Of a stretch of DNA of 4,049 nucleotides, positions 1-4,049 are shown one piece after another. Made by a program: the position numbers and the translations under genes. Source of the stretch: a virus. Its lineage: Duplodnaviria > Heunggongvirae > Uroviricota > Caudoviricetes. The DNA is taken from the IMG/VR virus record IMGVR_UViG_3300006879_000664, positions 1 through 4,049 of that record; one strand, written 5' to 3'. Within the stretch, counting starts at the first letter, position 1. Each line of letters opens with the position of its first letter. Under the pieces are notes generated by a model. It was not told the DNA's origin. It saw nothing but the letters and a program-made list of their open reading frames with translations, and made no database searches.

Positions 1-2
1 AG

Positions 3-77
3 GCGCGCCAGCTTTTCGATACAGCTTCTCAGGTCTGTGAAATTGTCGACGGTGTTCGGCAGTGTATGCAGAACTGA
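3..77 (+). CDS. Possible 3' end of an upstream gene running off the left edge (partial; perhaps the last lysis-cassette gene, Rz-like)
   Basis: Seen in sequence: the frame starting at nt 3 is open from the window edge to TGA at 75-77 and translates as ARQLFDTASQVCEIVDGVRQCMQN*. Established knowledge: in lambdoid phages the lysis cassette lies upstream of cos. Only 24 codons are visible and a second frame (1-87) is also open, so identity and even coding status are not supportable from this window. Confidence 0.2.
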   Translation, partial: ARQLFDTASQVCEIVDGVRQCMQN

Positions 78-251
78 TCGCCTGTAAGAGCAGAATATTT
101 TGCTGAAAAATGAAGGATGCGTCAGCGTCCGGAAAGCATGAAATTCTGTGTTTGTGGCTATTCAATAAAATAAATTCTTTCTGTCGCCGCGAATACTCAA
201 ATGTTGATCAGTGCCCGGTGCGGTGACGGGCTTCGATATCAGGAGACGATG

Positions 252-548
252 ATGGAAAAAACAGAAAACAAACCGATTGCAATTGGTGCTGATGCTGCTC
301 CGTTTAAGTTTGAGTTGTCTCAATTGGTGGAGATGCGCATCAGTGATGAATGGGGTGAGGTTAAAGCCCGTGCGCAGTATGCGGATGGCGAAAACCAGTA
401 CTTGATCCACTACAAAGCAGCTGATGGTCGCGCCACGACGGAGTGGTTTGGTGAGTCAATGCTGGAAGCAACAGAAGATGATCGTCATCCTGGTTGTCCG
501 GTATTTGCTGGTATGGAATTACTGGAAGGTGCGGTAGTTACTGAGTAA
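252..548 (+). CDS. Hypothetical small acidic protein (98 aa), function unknown, encoded immediately upstream of cos
   Basis: Seen in sequence: ORF 201-548 in the track, with a Shine-Dalgarno-like AGGAG at 241-245 followed by tandem ATG codons at 249 and 252 (spacing 3 and 6 nt) and TAA at 546-548. The ATG at 201 has no recognisable RBS. The product is Asp/Glu-rich with no obvious signal peptide or transmembrane segment and carries an internal duplicated motif (SDEWGEV and TTEWFGES, each near a YxADG / KAADG segment). I do not recognise the family. Confidence 0.6.
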   Translation: MEKTENKPIAIGADAAPFKFELSQLVEMRISDEWGEVKARAQYADGENQYLIHYKAADGRATTEWFGESMLEATEDDRHPGCPVFAGMELLEGAVVTE

Positions 549-715
549 CAGGCATTACAGCAGCTCTTCAGCGAGGGGCTGCGATAATGCAGGTGTTAGA
601 GTGTGTGCAAATGATAATTAGTCCCATTTTCACGGGTCCTTCCTGAAATTTGGAACACCGAGGGTCTGGGGACGCGCAAAAACGCGCTATTTATGAAAAT
701 TTTCAGGGAAAAAGC

Positions 716-732
716 AGATCCGTTCTTCTTCT
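716..732 (+). promoter_or_regulatory. R3-like terminase small-subunit binding repeat (AGATCCGTTCTTCTTCT)
   Basis: Seen in sequence: 17-mer sharing the AGATCC(G/T)TTCTT core with the elements at 764-780 (inverted) and 816-832. It includes the CCGTTCTTCTTC block I recall from lambda cosB and a GATC site. Confidence 0.6.
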
Positions 733-763
733 GGCTAACCTGTTGTTTAATATAATTTTCTTG

Positions 764-780
764 AAAAAAAGAAAGGATCT
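764..780 (-). promoter_or_regulatory. R2-like terminase small-subunit binding repeat (inverted copy; reverse complement AGATCCTTTCTTTTTTT)
   Basis: Seen in sequence: the reverse complement of 764-780 matches the 816-832 element at 15 of 17 positions. The inverted orientation relative to R3 and R1 mirrors the lambda cosB arrangement. Contains a GATC site. Confidence 0.6.
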
Positions 781-815
781 GGCAGCGGTGATTTTTCACT
801 GAAAAAAGCGTTTTG

Positions 816-832
816 AGATCCTTTCTTCTTTT
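816..832 (+). promoter_or_regulatory. R1-like terminase small-subunit binding repeat (AGATCCTTTCTTCTTTT)
   Basis: Seen in sequence: direct copy of the AGATCC(G/T)TTCTT core, ending about 18 nt before the Nu1 start codon. Contains a GATC site. Confidence 0.6.
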
Positions 833-849
833 TGTGAGGAATATGTGCC

Positions 850-1398
850 GTGAAGGTTAACAAAAAGAAACTGGCGGAAATTTTTGAGTGCGATGTCAGA
901 ACAATCACTGGCTGGCAAAGTCAGGGGCTGAGAGTTTTGTCGGGGGGAGGCAAAGGTATCGAGGCCATGTTCAATACTGCAGAAGCCATTGAATGGTATG
1001 CGCAGCGGGAAAAAGATATCGAAAACGAAAAGCTCCGCAAAGAACTGGATGATTTGCGTGCGGCTGCAGAATCAGATTTACAACCCGGCACCATTGACTA
1101 TGAACGCTACCGGCTAACCAAAGCACAGGCTGACGCACAGGAGCTGAAAAATGCCCGTGAAGAAGGGCTGGTGCTGGAAACGGAATTGTTTACCTTCATT
1201 CTGCAACGTGTGGCACAGGAGATTTCGGGGATACTTGTACGTGTGCCGCTGACATTACAGCGTAAATATCCGGATATTTCACCGTCACACCTTGATGTGG
1301 TGAAAACTGAAATCGCGAAAGCCTCCAATGTTGCAGCTAAAGCCGGTGAAAACGTGGGCAGGTGGATTGATGATTTCAGACGCACAGAAGGCAGCTAA
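850..1398 (+). CDS. nu1: Terminase small subunit (lambda gpNu1 family), 182 aa, GTG start
   Basis: Seen in sequence: ORF 850-1398 with GTG at 850 and a GAGGA Shine-Dalgarno at 836-840. An in-frame TGA at 835-837 excludes any upstream start, and the ATG at 843 is out of frame. Established knowledge (recalled): the translation is collinear with lambda gpNu1 along its whole length, for example VNKK-LA-IF, the GGGKG motif, [33 protein letters not shown] and a similar length (182 vs about 181 aa). The N-terminus is the winged-HTH DNA-binding domain in lambda. Confidence 0.95.
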   Translation: MKVNKKKLAEIFECDVRTITGWQSQGLRVLSGGGKGIEAMFNTAEAIEWYAQREKDIENEKLRKELDDLRAAAESDLQPGTIDYERYRLTKAQADAQELKNAREEGLVLETELFTFILQRVAQEISGILVRVPLTLQRKYPDISPSHLDVVKTEIAKASNVAAKAGENVGRWIDDFRRTEGS

Positions 1399-3286
1399 TG
1401 CAGCCGGTGCGATAGCTACAGGGCTTTTATCTCTCAATATTCCGGTTCCACTGACGACGGTTCAGTGGGCTGATCAACATTATTATCTGCCGAAAGAATC
1501 TTCATATACCCCCGGGCAATGGGAAACCCTGCCGTTTCAGGTTGCCATTATGAACAGCATGGGAAATGACCGGATCCGCACCGTTAATCTGATTAAATCG
1601 GCGCGCGTTGGTTACACCAAAATGCTGTTGGGGGTGGAGGCTTATTTTATTGAGCATAAATCCCGTAACAGTCTGCTTTTTCAGCCAACAGATTCTGCGG
1701 CAGAAGATTTCATGAAATCTCATGTTGAGCCAACGATCAGGGATGTCCCTGCATTGCTGGAGCTGGCTCCATGGTTCGGAAGAAAGCACCGCGATAATAC
1801 ACTCACCCTGAAGCGTTTTTCCTCCGGTGTGGGTTTCTGGTGCCTAGGTGGTGCCGCTGCTAAAAACTACCGTGAAAAATCTGTGGATGTGGTCTGCTAT
1901 GACGAACTCTCCTCGTTTGAACCGGATGTGGAAAAAGAAGGTTCGCCGACGCTGCTTGGCGATAAGCGTATCGAAGGCTCGGTATGGCCTAAATCCATAC
2001 GTGGCTCAACGCCAAAAATTAAAGGCTCCTGCCAGATTGAGAAAGCCGCAAATGAATCAGCGCATTTCATGCGGTTTTATGTCCCTTGCCCTCATTGCGG
2101 GGAGGCCCAGTATCTGAAGTTTGGCGATGATGCGACGCCGTTTGGCCTGAAATGGGAGAAGGGTAAACCGGAAACGGTGTATTACCTGTGTGAACATAAT
2201 GGCTGTGTGATCCGCCAGTCAGAACTTGACCAGAGCGGCGGACGCTGGATTTGTGACAATACCGGGATGTGGACGCACGACGGCCTGGCATTTTACAGCG
2301 CCGGTGATGAGGAGATGCCGCCACCGCGCTCAATCACGTACCACGTGTGGACAGCGTACAGTCCGTTCACCACCTGGGTACAGATTGTTTATGACTGGCT
2401 GGATGCGCTGAAGGATCCGAACGGTGTTAAGACGTTTATTAACACCACGCTCGGGGAGCCCTATGAAGAGGCTGTGGCAGAAAAACTGAGCTTTGAGTTG
2501 TTACTGGAAAAAGTCTGCCACTATGGCGCGCAGGTTCCCCTGCGGGTGGTTTACCTGACCGCAGGGATCGACTCACAGAAAGATCGCTATGAAATTTATG
2601 TCTGGGGCTGGGCTCCCGGCGAAGAAGCCTTTCTCATTGACAAGCAAATTATCATGGGGCGACCGGAAGACGAGGACACCCTTAAACGTGTTGATACGGT
2701 GATCCGGAAAAAATATCGCCATGCTGACGGTACTGAAATTTCCATTTCCCGCGTCTGCTGGGATACCGGTGGTATCGACCAGGACATTGTGTATCAGCGT
2801 TCCAGAAAACACGGCACTTTTTTTGTGCTTCCCATTAAAGGGGCATCGGTGTACGGCAAGCCGGTGATCACCATGCCTAAAAAGCGCAACCAGCGTGGTG
2901 TGTTTTTGTGTGAGGTGGGCTCCGATACCGTCAAGGAAATGCTGTACGCCCGTTTTGCCCTGCCGGTGGTTTCTGCCAGTGAAGCCGCCCCGTATACCTT
3001 CCGTTTTCCGGATAACCCGGACATTTTTTCGGAAGAAGAAGCACGTCAAATCGTGGCGGAAGAACTGGTGGAAAAGGTGGTTAATGGCAGGGTGAAACTG
3101 CTGTGGGATAAAAAAGGGCGACGCAACGAAGCCCTCGACTGCCTGGTATATGCCTATGCTGCCCTGCGTATTTCAGTACAACGATGGCAACTGGACCTTG
3201 AGGCACTGGCCCGGGCACGAAGAGACGAGCAGGATGAGGATGATATGAGTCTGGAAGAGATCGCGGCTGCACTGAGTGGAGGATAA
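1370..3286 (+). CDS. A: Terminase large subunit (lambda gpA family), 638 aa from ATG 1370
   Basis: Seen in sequence: the long ORF ends at TAA 3284-3286. Established knowledge (recalled): it is collinear with lambda gpA, including YYLPKES, WETLPFQ-AIMN, the Walker A-like KSARVGYT (1595-1618), [84 protein letters not shown], the nuclease-region LTAGIDSQ (2555-2578), [12 protein letters not shown] and NEALDC-VYA-AALRIS. Start choice is inference: ATG 1370 is preceded by AGGTGGA (1360-1366) and places YY at residues 38-39 exactly as in lambda gpA, whereas the track's ATG 1328 adds 14 residues and has no obvious RBS. The gene overlaps the Nu1 3' end by 29 nt in a different frame. Confidence 0.95.
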   Translation: MISDAQKAANAAGAIATGLLSLNIPVPLTTVQWADQHYYLPKESSYTPGQWETLPFQVAIMNSMGNDRIRTVNLIKSARVGYTKMLLGVEAYFIEHKSRNSLLFQPTDSAAEDFMKSHVEPTIRDVPALLELAPWFGRKHRDNTLTLKRFSSGVGFWCLGGAAAKNYREKSVDVVCYDELSSFEPDVEKEGSPTLLGDKRIEGSVWPKSIRGSTPKIKGSCQIEKAANESAHFMRFYVPCPHCGEAQYLKFGDDATPFGLKWEKGKPETVYYLCEHNGCVIRQSELDQSGGRWICDNTGMWTHDGLAFYSAGDEEMPPPRSITYHVWTAYSPFTTWVQIVYDWLDALKDPNGVKTFINTTLGEPYEEAVAEKLSFELLLEKVCHYGAQVPLRVVYLTAGIDSQKDRYEIYVWGWAPGEEAFLIDKQIIMGRPEDEDTLKRVDTVIRKKYRHADGTEISISRVCWDTGGIDQDIVYQRSRKHGTFFVLPIKGASVYGKPVITMPKKRNQRGVFLCEVGSDTVKEMLYARFALPVVSASEAAPYTFRFPDNPDIFSEEEARQIVAEELVEKVVNGRVKLLWDKKGRRNEALDCLVYAYAALRISVQRWQLDLEALARARRDEQDEDDMSLEEIAAALSGG

Positions 3287-3289
3287 GTG

Positions 3290-3499
3290 ATGATTTATAC
3301 ACATGAGATGCTTTGTGATGCCCGCCGGGCATTACATGAACTGATGATCGGACGTGCTGTGGTTTCCGTCAGCAAGGACGGGCGTCAGGTTCAGTATTCG
3401 CGGGCGACGATTGGTGAACTGCGTCAGTATATTGAAGAGCTGGAAAGTGCGCTGGGTGTATCCGGACGGCGTCGCGGCCCGGCAGGAGTGGGGCTGTGA
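3290..3499 (+). CDS. W: Head-tail joining / head completion protein (lambda gpW family), 69 aa
   Basis: Seen in sequence: ATG 3290 (the track starts at the adjacent GTG 3287) is preceded by GGAGGA at 3278-3283, 3 nt after the terminase large-subunit stop; TGA at 3497-3499. Established knowledge (recalled): the product matches lambda gpW in length and in the motifs AR-ALH-LM-G, KDGR-V, YI-ELE and the C-terminal RRRGPAG. Confidence 0.9.
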   Translation: MIYTHEMLCDARRALHELMIGRAVVSVSKDGRQVQYSRATIGELRQYIEELESALGVSGRRRGPAGVGL

Positions 3500-4049
3500 A
3501 CGGGGAACTGGTGGATCTTCACGGGCAGCCACTGCGGCAGAGTATGGGGTATTCCGGAGGGGGTACCGGATTTGGCGGGCAGCTTGCGGAATGGCTGCCT
3601 GCACCGGAAAGTGCCGACGTGGCGCTCTTACCTTCCATTCAGCTGGGTAACGCCCGTGCGGATGATCTGGTCCGCAATAACGGTATTGCCGCAAACGCCG
3701 TTGAAATTCATAAAGACCATATCGTCGGACACATGTTTCGTCTGAGTTACCGGCCCAACTGGCGCTGGCTGGGGATGTCGGAAGCCGATTCACATGTCTT
3801 TATTGAAGATGTTGAGGCAGCGTGGATGGAATTCTGCGATCCGGTGTTTGGTTCGATGGATGTGGAGGGGCGTCGCTCGTTTACCGAATTTATTCGTGAA
3901 GGGGTGGGCGTTCATACATTTAACGGTGAAATTTTTGTCCAGCCCGTATGGGATACGGAATCCACGTCATTATTCCGGACGAAATTCAAAACCATCAGCC
4001 CGAAACGTGTCAGTACACCCGGTTATGGTACCGGCGATCGTTTTATGCG
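3496..4049 (+). CDS. B: Portal protein (lambda gpB family), 5' part only (184 codons), runs off the right edge
   Basis: Seen in sequence: the frame containing GTG 3496 is open from 3436 to the window end and was verified codon by codon. It is absent from the ORF track, presumably because it has no stop inside the window. Established knowledge (recalled): the translation matches the lambda gpB N-terminal region (GGG-GFGGQL, LGNARADDLVRNNG-AANA-HKDHIVG-FRLS-RP-W, EAAW-EF, FNGE-FVQ, W-T-S-LFRT-F, SPKR). Start is inference: GTG 3496 overlaps the W stop as GTGA, has AGGAG at 3484-3488, and gives an N-terminal length close to lambda; ATG 3544 is an alternative. Confidence 0.92.
   Translation, partial: MNGELVDLHGQPLRQSMGYSGGGTGFGGQLAEWLPAPESADVALLPSIQLGNARADDLVRNNGIAANAVEIHKDHIVGHMFRLSYRPNWRWLGMSEADSHVFIEDVEAAWMEFCDPVFGSMDVEGRRSFTEFIREGVGVHTFNGEIFVQPVWDTESTSLFRTKFKTISPKRVSTPGYGTGDRFM

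Larger units (their letters stand above)
655..835 (+). other. cos: cos DNA-packaging site: candidate cosN region (about 655-686) plus cosB with R3 / AT-rich spacer / R2 / R1
   Basis: Seen in sequence: several blocks match my recollection of the lambda left-end cos DNA at the same spacing relative to the Nu1 start. These are CGCTATTTATGAAAATTTTC (685-704), CCGTTCTTCTTC (720-731) and a GAAAGGA-containing block near 771-777. Three copies of an AGATCC(G/T)TTCTT motif occur in direct, inverted and direct orientation. Established knowledge: lambda cosB carries gpNu1 binding elements R3, R2, R1 with an IHF site between R3 and R2, immediately upstream of Nu1. Confidence 0.75.

Noticed and set aside
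152-200. Possible sigma-70 promoter upstream of the small ORF (TTGTGG at 152-157 and AT-rich TAAAAT / TAAATT near 166-176)
   Set aside because: Spacing between the -35-like and -10-like hexamers does not fit 16-18 bp for any pairing I tried; too weak to annotate.
201-251. ATG 201 as the start of the small ORF
   Set aside because: No RBS upstream of 201, whereas AGGAG at 241-245 precedes the tandem ATGs at 249 and 252.
162-410. 82-aa ORF on the - strand
   Set aside because: Antisense to the better-supported small + strand ORF (252-548), which has a proper RBS. It has no RBS-like sequence of its own, and its product is basic and low-complexity. Treated as a shadow ORF.
733-763. IHF binding site in the AT-rich spacer between R3 and R2
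   Set aside because: The position matches the lambda I1 site, but I could not find a match to the IHF consensus (WATCAANNNNTTR) on either strand, so only the AT-rich spacer is noted.
596-799. 67-aa ORF on the - strand across the cos region
   Set aside because: It spans the non-coding cosB blocks and R repeats that are shared with lambda cos DNA. An ORF here is incompatible with the conserved site architecture.
1328-1369. ATG 1328 as the large terminase start (as given in the ORF track)
   Set aside because: No Shine-Dalgarno in front, and it adds 14 residues relative to the lambda gpA N-terminal length. ATG 1370 fits better, though 1328 cannot be excluded without protein data.
1107-1385. 92-aa - strand ORF inside Nu1
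   Set aside because: Antisense within the strongly supported Nu1 homolog; Cys/Ser-rich product typical of out-of-frame translation.
1502-3332. Cluster of short ORFs on both strands (1502-1789 -, 1848-2117 +, 2067-2333 -, 2226-2411 +, 2573-3049 -, 2596-2787 -, 2794-3024 -, 2895-3095 +, 3081-3332 -)
   Set aside because: All lie inside the large terminase gene in alternative frames or antisense. The + strand frame of the terminase is continuous and conserved, and the products of these ORFs are Arg/Cys/His-rich artefacts.
3332-3793. 153-aa - strand ORF and the 98-aa + strand ORF at 3354-3650
   Set aside because: Both overlap the W and portal coding frames, which carry strong family motifs. These are out-of-frame or antisense shadows.
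1-4049. CRISPR array, tRNA/rRNA genes, insertion sequence or defence system
   Set aside because: No direct-repeat/spacer periodicity, no tRNA-like structures, no transposase-like ORF and no terminal inverted repeats were seen. The window is almost entirely accounted for by the cos site and four packaging or head genes.

Overview
This window reads as the start of the DNA-packaging and head-morphogenesis module of a lambda-like (lambdoid) phage or prophage, probably in an enterobacterial host. It contains a cos packaging site (about nt 655-835) with three terminase-binding repeats, followed by four tightly overlapping + strand genes: terminase small subunit (Nu1-like, 850-1398), terminase large subunit (gpA-like, 1370-3286), head-tail joining protein (gpW-like, 3290-3499) and the first 184 codons of the portal protein (gpB-like, 3496-4049). 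The portal ORF runs off the window edge and is missing from the supplied ORF track; I found it by translating the sequence directly. Upstream of cos are a small acidic ORF of unknown function (252-548) and possibly the last 24 codons of another + strand gene. All other ORFs in the track are alternative-frame or antisense artefacts inside these genes. I see no CRISPR array, tRNA, rRNA, transposase or recognisable defence system, so I cannot support the idea of a novel system here. The two things most worth a second look are the small ORF sitting in the accessory-gene slot upstream of cos, and a cosN region that appears divergent from lambda despite a clearly lambda-like cosB. Every comparison to lambda proteins or cos DNA is made from memory, not from a database search, and no identities were computed.
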